Origin: Bugula neritina
Taxonomy: Eukaryota > Animalia > Bryozoa
Length of the DNA: 64,000 bases
Assembly (NCBI GenBank): GCA_964035545.1
Contig: OZ037773.1
Location: forward strand, 3,377,751-3,441,750
Direction of reading: 5' to 3'
Under the pieces are notes generated by a model. The model did no database searches, was not told the origin of the DNA, and worked only from the letters and a program-made list of their open reading frames with translations. This document shows, one piece after another, positions 12,201 through 23,314 of this stretch. Position numbers and translations under genes: made by a program. How positions within the stretch are numbered: the first letter of the stretch is position 1; every line of letters begins with the position of its first letter.

Positions 12201-15200
12201 TTCCATTTCACATGATTGGACCCCCATTTTGTGGCTTATGTATGTGTGTATGTGTATGGAAAGAAAATGGCCGAATGTAACGGATCAATGAGTTAAACAT
12301 GGTATTCCACTATGTCATGAATTGAGGTTTCGGGACCCGCAGCTTAGTGAGATATAGAGGGGGCATTGTATTCTTGATCTTTCTTACTCACTTCCTGCCA
12401 GTGTAGACTATAGTTGTGTCATGGCCTCTGGATTACACACAGACCGTGACTGTCAGGGTGAAATATTCTAGAACGTCTACTCTTGCAGGTTGTTTGAGCG
12501 AGCCATCAACACGTGTGGACTAGAGTTCAAGTCTGACAGGATCTGGGACATGTACATCGACTGGGAGGTGAAGAACAACCAGCTACTGAACATCACTCAG
12601 ATATACAGACGTCTGCTCGCCATACCTACTAAAAACTACACCATACACTACGAGAAGTATGTCCTTCCACTGAGCACTACAGGATTCATGTTGACTTTTG
12701 TGACAGTGGCTGTTTGCCATTATTTGTGTTGTTCTTTTTATTTTTTCATTTTAATTATATTTAGATGCGCAATTACTGGAGCTTTCTGTTTGTAAGGCAG
12801 ATATTTAGAATGATTCTATAAGCAGCTCCTAGCGGGGGGGGGGGGGTGGTGACTGAGTGCAGTAGTTTGTGGTCCTTGAGTTTGAAGTTGGAGTTTGTTG
12901 AAACCCTAAACCCCAAACCCCAAGCTTGGAGCTGCTCATAGCACCATTCAGATATTTAGAGTAACATTTCAGCTCAAACAGAAATCTGCTACTGGATACT
13001 ATGTTGTTATTTGTTGCGTTGCAGTGCAAAGGAACACGTAGAAAAACACGAGTTGTGGGAAATTCTCTCCCCTGAAGATATGAAAGCACTTAGGGTGAGA
13101 GCCAATGCTAGCCTCACTTCCAACACAGAAGGTGAGGGGGAGGAAGAGGGCAAGGACGCCCCTCCCGGTACTGCAGGAGACGAGGTTACAACTACCGCTG
13201 TCGATACGACAGCTGAAGATGATGTAGAGAGTGATCCACGTGAGTTAGCATTGGAACACAGGCTAGGCAGTGTTGTGTAGTTATCTAATAGAAGCACAGG
13301 CTAGGCAGAGTTGTGTAGTTATCTAATAGGAACCCAGGCTAGGCAGAGTTGTCTGTCTGGCTAGCTGCTAGCTCTCACTTCCTGTCATCTATTTAAATAA
13401 GTCATGTTGAGTGAAGGTAGACTGGCTTTCTTATTCGTTTGTCTAGTTTGGAGTAGTCTTCCCCTGGCTACTCAATCTGGGTCATTTTACTTAATTTAGT
13501 ACACACTAGAAATCTCCAGTTTTTAGCTATTTTTTCCAATTTAGCTGCTAATGACCATGGCTTTTTGCCCAAAACTAGTAAAATATGAATGGACACACCT
13601 AAATAATCAAGGTTCTGCTTAATTTTGCTTGATTTCCCATGTTTTTTTCTAATTATTCAGTCACTTTTGATTTCGGAGTTATGGTTTTTTCATAACACTT
13701 TGCAATCAAAAGTAGCTGAATAATTAGGAAAAAACCTAGCAAATCAAGCAAAATTAAGAAGAACCTTGATTATTTAGGTGTATTCATTCATATTTTACTA
13801 GTTTTGGGCAAAAGCCTTTGTTTATTAGCAACTAATTTGTGAAAAATAGCTAAAAACTGGAGATTTCCAGTGTGTACTAAAATTAATAAAATGACCCATC
13901 TCTTATGCACTCTGTAATGGTGTATTTCTAACTTGCTGTGTTCACAGAGACCATGTCGGAGGTGGTGAAAAAAGCTGCCAAGGACCTCCTACTTGCTGAC
14001 TTTGAACTCCTGGCTACACACAACGAGAAGGAGGTGAAGCTGCGTTGGGCTTTCGAGGATGCCATCAAGCGTCCGTATTTTCACAGTAAACCCCTCGGTA
14101 TGTCTCTTCTTTCACAGTATACCCCTCAGTTTCAAAAGATTTTTTATAATTATTAAGTTTATAGGACGTAAAGATATGTACCCAGCAGAATGTAGGAAAC
14201 CATAAGCATCATATAAATGTACATTTCTTTTACTTAGTTTTTTCATGGTGCTATATTGGCATTAAAACATGCCAAATGGCAGACAACACTACTATCAGTC
14301 TACAATTTTTACAATGGTGTTGGAATAAGTGAAACTTATATTGAAGGAGTTTTAAATTTATTCTGTTGTATGGTATACTCGTGTAGATAGCACACAGCTG
14401 AAGAACTGGAGGCGGTACTTAGAGTTTGAGATAGCCAATGGGGGTGAAGATAGAGCCATCTTCCTGTTTGAGAGATGTATGATAGCTTGTGCCCAGTATG
14501 AGGAGTTCTGGCTGAAGGTACTTGACACACATTACTGTGTCTTAATAACATTTCAGTTTTCTCTTACTCTATACAATCACTATATGTTACAGTAATATAT
14601 TGCTCTATGTATATATAACCACAGTTCAAGTGTATATTACAGTAATATATTTTTGGTTTAGGTGTATAATACAGTGGTATATAGCATGGCAATACATGTA
14701 AAGTCTGTTAGCTGTGCTGAACAGTGTGATATTGTGTCTTAGACTACAGTCCTTGGTGTATATTATACTGTAGCATGTATATAAAGGTATATATGTATTG
14801 CCATATGCAAAGCAAGCATATATTACTGTGGTCTCTGTATGCAACACACATACATATATTACAGTACACATACCTATATTACAGTACATACGTATATTAC
14901 AATGCACATACGTATATTACAGTACACATACCTATATTACAGTACACATACCTATATTACAGTACACATACCTATATTACAGTACACATACATATATTAC
15001 AGTATACATGCGTATATTACAGTACACATGCGTATATTACAGTACACATACTTATATTACAGTACACATACATATATTACAGTACACGTACCTATATTAC
15101 AGTACATACGTATATTACAATGCACATACGTATATTACAGTACACATACCTATATTACAGTACACATACCTATATTACAGTACACATACCTATATTACAG

Positions 15201-18200
15201 TACACATACATATATTACAGTATACATGCGTATATTACAGTACACATGCGTATATTACAGTACACATACATATATTACAGTACACATACATATATTACAG
15301 TACACAACGTATCTCGAGAGTCTTAGCCGACACACAGACGTAAGGAATGTCTACACGAGAGCCTGTCGCCAACATCTCCCATACAAAGCATCTATTCACA
15401 TCACCTGGGCCTTCTACGAGGAGCGTCAAGGTATCCCATAATTCTCGTTTACTGACAGCTTTATGAGTCATACTCAAGTTTCGTACTATTTGTAGTCGGT
15501 CGTGTAACCAACAGCTTGTCTGTACACTGCTGTTGACTGTTGAATTGTTTGTATTCCTTCATTATTTGTATTTATTGGAGTTGTCTTCTAATTGTGCAGG
15601 AAACTTTGACGAGGCCCTGGCGGTCATTTCCAACATAGAAATGCAGACTACAGACAACATGTGTGTGTTGAATCACAAGCTGAATCTACTCCGTCGTCAC
15701 GGCGATGACCTCAATGATCTCTTCACATCCTACATAGACAAGAAAGAGCTCAATGCTGACTGCGTGAAGCTTTTGACGAGCAAATATTCTCGATACCTTC
15801 TAAAGGTACCTCCACTCATTCATACTCTGTGTCACTTCGTGTCACTCTGTGTCACTTTGTGTCAGTGTCAGTAGGTGTCACTTTGTGTCACTCTGCTTCA
15901 CTCTGTGTCACTCTGCGTCACTTTGTGTCACTGTCAGTAGGTGTCACTCTTACTAGGTGTCACCTTATTTATATATAAATAGATTTCTAATAATGGTTCA
16001 AGACCAAAACTGTATTTGCTCACCGCTCGACATATTTGTTTACTTATATTTTCAAATTTCTTGTGTGTCTAGAATCTAGTTGTTTGCATGTTTAAGTTTT
16101 CTAAGTCAAACTGTATTCACTCCCTGCAAGACATGTTATTTTATTTCTATTTCTAGATAAAAGGAGATGCTGACAAGGCAGCAGAAGTATTGAAAGATGC
16201 AATCACCAAGAATCCAGTAAGTGTTAGTCTTAGAGTAGAGAACTCCTGTCTTGTTTACAAAATGGTCAAACAACTTCTCGAAGCCACTGTTATGTACATA
16301 AACACACAGACACTGCTTATGCTCTGTACTTACCATATAGAAATACTGTTTCTGAAACGTATCACCATGCATTGTACAGATGCCACATACAAATAGTATG
16401 TCCACCTTCACGCTAAGTTCACACTACTGAGTGTTTCACCTCTAGTATTTGGTATGATATATAAACCAAATAAATCTGTTATAAAAAGTAGATTTCACCT
16501 AAAAACTGTTGCTAAGTAGTAAAGCTCAAAGTCAGGTTTTAACTGGCATATAGTCTAGACTCTAGAATGAGTTGGTGAATAGATATATGTATTCAAATAA
16601 GTTTTTATGTGGTCATTACTTTTTATTTCTCACAACAATCAGTATCCATAATGCATTTACTGTTTGCTCTGCACACCACATATTATTCTATTTTTAGCTG
16701 CACGAGCCGTTCTACACTCAGCTCCTAGATGTAGAATATCAGAGACAGCCTCTCGACGAGGATAAGGTTCTCGCTGTGTTTGAACTCGTCAACGCGAGCT
16801 CTTTGTCTTCGGAGATAAAACAGAAGTTCTACTCGAGACGCTACGAGTTCATAGACGACCTTGGTTCAGATGTCACAAGGTCAGTGCATAGTTTTACTGC
16901 CGAGTGTGGTGATTGGCTATCGCATCAAGCCCGGAACTTGTGATATAATCAGTATATAATGTAAAAACTCACGCCGGTTTATAGTCACCATCCCTGTGAG
17001 AACCAGGCTAAGGGCTTATTCAGATGTGACACAGGAGCAATTATGACTGGATGCTCTTCCTAACATCACCCATGGCCTTTACTGGGGTTTGAACCCATGA
17101 CTTCGTGCTCACTAACCAAACGCTCTAACCCCTAGACTACGGCTGCTCTCTCAGTATAGACTGTGGTCCTAGTCGTATTTTAGTAAAGCTGTATACTCAG
17201 TCTTTTGCTGCATAAGAGTTGTTTGGTTGTTTCCTAGCAACAGCTCCATAATGCCAAGGTTATCTTCTACAAGTACCTAATAAGTGTGATTTGTTAATAA
17301 TTATGCAGAGTATTTATATTTATTCCATTCTATTATAACTTCACGATATTCTCCTGGTGATTCAAAACCATTCCACCAAATTAACTCAATATTTTACTCC
17401 TCGTTCACTAATTATTTTGCCATTTGAACTAAATATATGTTGTGTTTGTTACTATTTTTATCTTTCTTTAAAGTGAATACATACCAAGCAAAACCCAAAG
17501 CACACATTCCCTTTTAAATATGCTGCTGCTGCTGACATTCTGTGGCAGAGATTATTGGTTGTAATTATTATTGATTCTTTGATTTATGTTTAGAGTAGGA
17601 AGGCTGCCAAAGTTCTATAAATAGTTGTATCCAGTTGAGCTGAATGTTCTCTGAGCAGCATGTTATTAATGTGGTGTCGCCTCCGCTGTCTGTGTATGTG
17701 ACTATGTGTTGTGTTGTATAATAGTGTTTCTGTTAATTTAGGTTGTACTCCCTCTACCAGGAGCTGGAAGAAAATATGTCTGCTGCATCTAAAGATAAGA
17801 AACGAGCTCACTCTGCTACTCCCAGGTACGTTGTACTCACCTGTGTGAGGTCATACCTGGAATAGTTACCCGTGTGATATAATACCTGTATTTATGTGTA
17901 CTAGTATATCTCCATCTTCACTATTATATAGTACACTCTTCACTATTATATAGTACACTCTTCACTATTATATAGTATACTCTTCACTATTATATAGTAT
18001 ACTCTTCACTATTATATAGTACACTCTTCACTATTATATAGTATACTCTTCACTATTATATAGTATACTCTTCACTATTATATAGTACACTCTTCACTAT
18101 TATATAGTATACTCTTTACTATTATATAGTACACTCTTCACTATTATATAGTGTACTCTTCACTATTATATAGTATACTCTTCACTATTATATACAATAC

Positions 18201-18762
18201 TCTTCACTATTATATAGTATACTCTTCACTATTATATAGTATATTCTTCACTATTATATACAATACTCTTCACTATTATATAGTATACTCTTCACTATTA
18301 TATACAATACTCTTCACTATTATATAGTATACTCTTCACTATTATATAGTGTACTCTTCACTATTATATAGTATACTCTTCACTATTATATAGTATACTC
18401 TTCACTATTATATAGTATACTCTTCACTATTATATAGTATACTCTTCACTATTATATAGTATACTCTTCACTATTATATAGTATACTCTTCACTATTATA
18501 TAGTGACAAGACTGTGGATGCCAAGAAAGCCAAGACCTCGATGTATACTAACAACGGCACTGCTGCCACTGGGGCCTACTCCAGCCAATCGTATCATCAG
18601 CAGCAGGCAGCCAACTACGGCAGCAGTGGTCAGGACTGGAACTCGTACTACCAGCAGCAGGGCATGGACTACAGTCAGTACGGGGCATACGGCCAGCAAG
18701 GCTACTATCAGCAGGGCTATGGCGGGTACACAGGCTACGACTACAATACTGGCTACTATTAA
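9203..18762 (+). CDS. PRPF39: Pre-mRNA-processing factor 39 (U1 snRNP HAT-repeat protein), multi-exon, Gln/Tyr/Gly-rich C-terminal tail
   Basis: Exons translate to [118 protein letters not shown], typical of PRPF39. Last exon is 18504-18762. The start exon (ATG 9203) is inferred from phase continuity. Confidence 0.95.
9718..9759 (+). ncRNA. Minimal type I hammerhead ribozyme motif, with a degenerate inverted copy at ~9655-9700
   Basis: tatga-CTGATGA-gtgct(acc)agcat-GAAA-ct(tt)agt-T-tcata: stem I tatga/tcata, intact core, stem II gtgct/agcat, very short stem III. Confidence 0.65.
10046..10429 (+). repeat. Splice-acceptor minisatellite, 32-bp unit x12, ending at the PRPF39 exon that starts at 10427
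   Basis: Unit gtgctctatttctctgtactatctactagcag; the last copy is followed by GTGAAGACGTT (G-E-D-V). Confidence 0.95.
12177..12368. mobile_element. Tc1/mariner-type (pogo/Tigger-like) MITE
   Basis: TA|cagtgttccctctacatctcac ... gtgagatatagagggggcattg|TA: imperfect ~22-bp TIRs with TA target duplication. A diverged partial copy lies at ~19960-20072. Confidence 0.8.
13479..13897. mobile_element. Palindromic non-autonomous DNA transposon (fold-back MITE, 419 bp) with 4-bp TSD ATCT
   Basis: gggtcattttac...taaaatgaccc termini; the two halves are imperfect reverse complements over ~200 bp; atct flanks both sides (13475-13478, 13898-13901). Confidence 0.88.
14846..15306 (+). repeat. Splice-acceptor minisatellite, ~20-bp unit x~23, ending at the PRPF39 exon that starts at 15301
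   Basis: Unit tatattacag|tacacatacc; the last copy reads tatattacag|TACACAACGTATCTCGAG (YTTYLE). Contains a 218-bp higher-order duplication. Confidence 0.95.
15826..15962. repeat. Short 10-bp-unit repeat (gtcactctgt) just downstream of a PRPF39 donor
   Basis: Repeated gtgtcactct/gtgtcacttt. Confidence 0.8.
16957..17150 (-). mobile_element. tRNA-derived SINE in a PRPF39 intron
   Basis: Minus strand: A box-like tagtctaggggttag, B box gggttcaaaccc, then body gatgttaggaagagcatccagtc. Flanked by direct repeat tcagtata (16949-16956, 17151-17158). Confidence 0.8.
17915..18504 (+). repeat. Splice-acceptor minisatellite, 22-bp unit x~27, ending at the PRPF39 terminal exon (18504)
   Basis: Unit tatactcttcactattatatag; the last copy is followed by TGACAAGACTGTGGATGCC. 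Confidence 0.95.
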
Positions 18763-19959
18763 ACTTTAGCCTGTGATACCTATATTCCACGACAACCTCA
18801 ACATTTCTACTAACAGTGTTTCTCCTGCAATCTTATGCAACAATATAAGATCTTATGGCTATGAAAACCTTTTTAGTAAGAAATGTTGACGTTTTGTATA
18901 TAATTTGTGTATAATATCATGAGAGACAAGTTTATATTGCTGGTAAATTTAACATTGATCTTTTTCAGTCTACATTGTTATACTTATAGTTGTGCTATTC
19001 AAATATACTTGTACTCTATAATCAATATACATGGACTAGACAGCAGTTTTGTTATTAATTAATCACTTATACCCTGGTTTAAGTCAACACCAGTGTTATG
19101 TTTATGATAGACATCTTGGCATAGCCAGACACTTGGCCTATGGTCTGCTTCTTTCAGCTGAAATATTTGAAATTCTTGAGAGGTTATGCTGCTGCCCTGA
19201 AGCTGACTGAGTCTGTTGTATAAATGGAGAGAGTTCACGTTGGTGTTTACTTGATAAACACAATGTGATACTTTACCTGCTCTATTTACTCCTGCATGTT
19301 GTTGTTACTCTACCCCACTATTGATGAGGTCATCCAGGGCAGCTCCAGAATATGAAAAGTTACACGATTTTTAGCTTATATAACATGTAAGTATAAAAGA
19401 CAAGAAGGTATTCACCTCCTCATGTGAACTAGGCCTAGAATTTCTCCTGTTACGCTGAGACAGCATCTTTCTAAGATTTGTTGGGTTGATTTGACAAACC
19501 TATCTGATAACCACAGTGCAAAATGCCTTCTCACCATTATACACAACATTTCCATCTTTGGCCTTTTCCATCTCTCTTTATAAAGATATAGATGTCTACC
19601 TCAAGTATATACCTTGATATAATAAAATTCACAGTGCTGTGTGTTAGGAAATGCATCTAATTGCTCCCTCTGTAGCTTACGAATCCCTTTCCCCACAAAG
19701 TTTCATAGGTCATAAGAAGGGTTTGGACCCACTTTTGTTGAAATGCCATCAAGACTCGGTTGTATAAACGTGTCAATTTCAAATTTTGGGTAGCGCTGTC
19801 ATTAATAGGGAAGGTATCTCTTGTGTAACAGGTGGGTGTGAAATCTACGTTGCTTTGATAGTAATTGGACTATAAAGGTCAAATACAATGGGATATAAAT
19901 TGTCAAATTTAGATTAAATGGTCAGAAGTAATTTAATATTGCGTAGGTGTATGCACGCC

Positions 19960-20072
19960 TATATGTATGTGTGTAGGGCCAAAATGGCCGAATTTAAGAA
20001 TCAGTGAGTTCAATTTGGTAATCTAATTGAAGTTTACGACCTGTGGCTTAGTGAAATAGGGAGAGAGCATTG
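19960..20072. mobile_element. Partial diverged copy of the MITE at 12177-12368
   Basis: Shares tatgtatgtgtgt..aaaatggccgaat..gagtt..gcttagtga..gcattgta. Confidence 0.65.
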
Positions 20073-23000
20073 TATTTTCTATAATGACAGGTATAAGTTT
20101 AGGGTTTTTAGACATATTATTAATAAATTACACAAAGGTAGTTGTTTGTAGAGGCATCCAGTGTAAATTCCTTCAAGCTAATGTCACATTCCAATAGCAT
20201 AGCTCACAATACAGGCAATATTAATTGCGTAAACAATGAAGAAGTTGTAACCATCACTATGATGGCTACACAGAAAGCTCTTTGTTGAATGGCATCTTGA
20301 AACCAGAGCTAGTTGTTATATAACTGTACATTCTTGAAATACCTTGTTTGATGACGTCCTGACCACCAGAAATAAAATTAATTGAAAAACTACAACAATT
20401 ACTAGTAAAGAAAGAAGGTGTTCTATAGTTGAGTATTGAGGCATTTCCTAGTGTAAGAATAATATTTGCATTAAACTGGTTATCTATTGCAAGTGCTGTC
20501 TATAATGGTAGGCCACACACACAAACCCTTAACTTGGGTTATCTTAAGGTAGACAACTGTATAGGTATATATATAATTCTTTTCCTTAGAGCCAAGGCTA
20601 TGCTGCATCAACACTCCATCAGATCTATCCTTCAATTTTTAAAGCTTATACTAAATAGTTTATCTGTATCATAAAGTGTCACAGGTCTCTCAATGCTAAG
20701 GTTTCCTTTTCAACAGATGAACATTCTCAGTCCAGTTCTCTAATTAGCAATACATCATGCACTGTGTGGGCTGACTTTAAGTTGACAGGAATGCCAGGCA
20801 TGCTCCTGTAATAACTTCCTTTATTATTCAGTGACCTTCTGATATTCAGCTTTATTTCATTCCAATTCTATGTTTATGCTATGTAGCTGCTTAAAATACT
20901 TTTTGCAGATATTTAATTAGAGAATGTTGAGCTGTGTTGATTACATTACAGCGTAGTAAGTATTGGTTATGAAGTCACACCCTAATCTTTGGGGGTATGT
21001 GCGGGCTAGGTAAATTGCTGCCTATAATTCCAACAATCAGTTGCCGAAAAAGCAAGCTCAACCCCACCCTCCCTCTCTCATCTCTTGCCTTAAATCAAGA
21101 TGCCTAACATAAGTAATAAGGTAATTAATGAAACAAGCTGTCTGGTCCACATTTAAACTATTAAAGTTTGGTTATAGCATGCTGCCATAGAGGTGTTGAT
21201 CTAACTCATGTGATGGTGTCAAACCCATCAGCAGTTGGTGGCATTAAGTACATCCTGTTGTGAGCCCTTCTTTGCTATTCAACTCCACCCCTCCCCCCAC
21301 CCCCCCCCCCCCCATGTATGCTTTCAGCATGCAGTTTTAGGCAAAGTTCATTTTGACTGAGAGGTTGATGTTTACATGTCACACCTCTATTACATATTAT
21401 ATAATTAAGCTATTGTCTCTTGCAAATTATAACAAATCCAGTAATAGTCTTACTGTAAACGCAGCCCTGAAGATTAGCTGAATTTTGCATTTGGTTCAGT
21501 TATTACTCAGTTTACAGATAAAAATTATTCCTTTACTTTATAATAATGCAAGAATGAACAGTAGCTGTTGCTACAACAAGCAATTGTTGTTTAAAATAAC
21601 ATCAGCAGTATGCTAGATGCCAAAAGTTCACCTGGCATACCTAGCACTCTAAATAATAGAGTCAGTTGTAATTGTGATTTCTGTTATCAAATAAACAAGC
21701 TATATAAGAATTGTTGATGTGGTTTTTTCCATGAAATTTGACAGGGTGTCAGCCTGGGCTTCCCATTGGTCGACTTGAGTTTGCTGTTGTTAGCCTTAGC
21801 TTAAACACAACCACTGACCCCCCCCCCCTTGCTACATTCTCTGTATCTTCCCCCCCCCCTGTTAGCACTTGATGACTCATGTGGTGGTCATCTGGATCAA
21901 TAATTCACTTTCTGTGAAATATTCAGCCCCCCCACTCTATTACTTTAGAATCTAGTCTAAATAACTTTAAAAAGTCTTGACTTAACATCCCCCCACCCTG
22001 CTACATGACAACCTTTCACAGATTCAGATGTAACTAAAACTCATTGGCTACTATTATTGCTGCTGATTTAGCTGCTGTAGTGTATACCAGCTGCAACACG
22101 TTACTGACATTACTACCTGCTAACATGTTCACTACCATGCCACACTATATTCTTTCTCCAATATATATCGAGGATAACTTTGGATAATTATTAAATCCTG
22201 CTGGAGAAAGGGGCTCAAAAATTTTACAAGAAAACCAGGGCCAAATTTAAAAAACTTGAAGTTCTACATGCATATAATATGAAACCTACGGTCTAATTTT
22301 TCTATATTTGTTTTACAACAGTTACATAATGAGTAAATGTGTTATCATAACGACTCCCTTTTGACTCATTACAATACGGTTATAGTAAGAACGCAGTTAT
22401 TCAAGGCATCATTTCATGACATCAGTGATAATAAAAATTAAAGCAAAGTATTTCTTAATACAAGGCTGCGTCCTGTATATTTTATAAGGCATGAGTATAA
22501 AATTAAACTGAGAATTCTTAAAATAATACAGCTGGTCTATTGTAAGAATGAAATAAACTGCCTAGGCTGGTAACCGATTCAATAAAAATACAAGTCATGA
22601 GACATACTGTAATTCCTCAACTGTACCACATAGTTTTTGCAGCTGAGTCAGATACAGTTATGCTAGCTTGTACCAGTGAGTAGATGTTTAGTCCTCAATG
22701 AGATGCATGTTGTTGGTAATAAATTTTAAGCAGTCTGAAGTTGGTGAAAATAAAAACAATAATTCTTTTATTTAGTCGCTTGCATGTAGATGTGTTTTGA
22801 GTTAGGAATTTGGTGCTGCCAAACTTATTGGTAACCAGGCAGTATTGTTATTATACTTCTGTTATTATATAACTTACTGAATTTTATTGAAATATTTTAA
22901 AATCTAATAAATCACTAAACTTGTACAACTATGCTGTTGACATTTTATACAAAACCATTTTAACTAAGCTTTTCATTTTTATTGCAAGTTGAAACAGCTG

Positions 23001-23314
23001 CTATCATTTGGAGAACTACAGTAACACTAGTTTAGCACCTTATTGGTTCTTAACCAAGGCTACCATAATTAGTCAGGGACTAAGTACTCTGCCCTCTAGT
23101 CGTATGAAGAATTAGGCTAAGTAGTGAAGAATTTGGTATATAAAGCGCTGTACAAACTGAATAACAAGAAAAGCAATTAGTGCACTGAGCTAGAAGCTAG
23201 TGAAACAAACTTCTTGAAAAAGTTACATAAAGTATTTTACAGAAACTAGAATTAACGATCCTATAGTGAACTTAACATTAGCACTTATATTCCTGTGATA
23301 GTAAAACAAAAGAA

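Noticed and set aside
14775-15343. Long overlapping ORFs (181-200 aa) rich in Y/T/H/I
   Set aside because: By-products of the stop-free 20-bp minisatellite, not independent genes.
15430-15445. Possible U12-type donor (gtatccc) in PRPF39
   Set aside because: It deviates from GTATCCTT and no TCCTTAAC branch site is seen near the acceptor.
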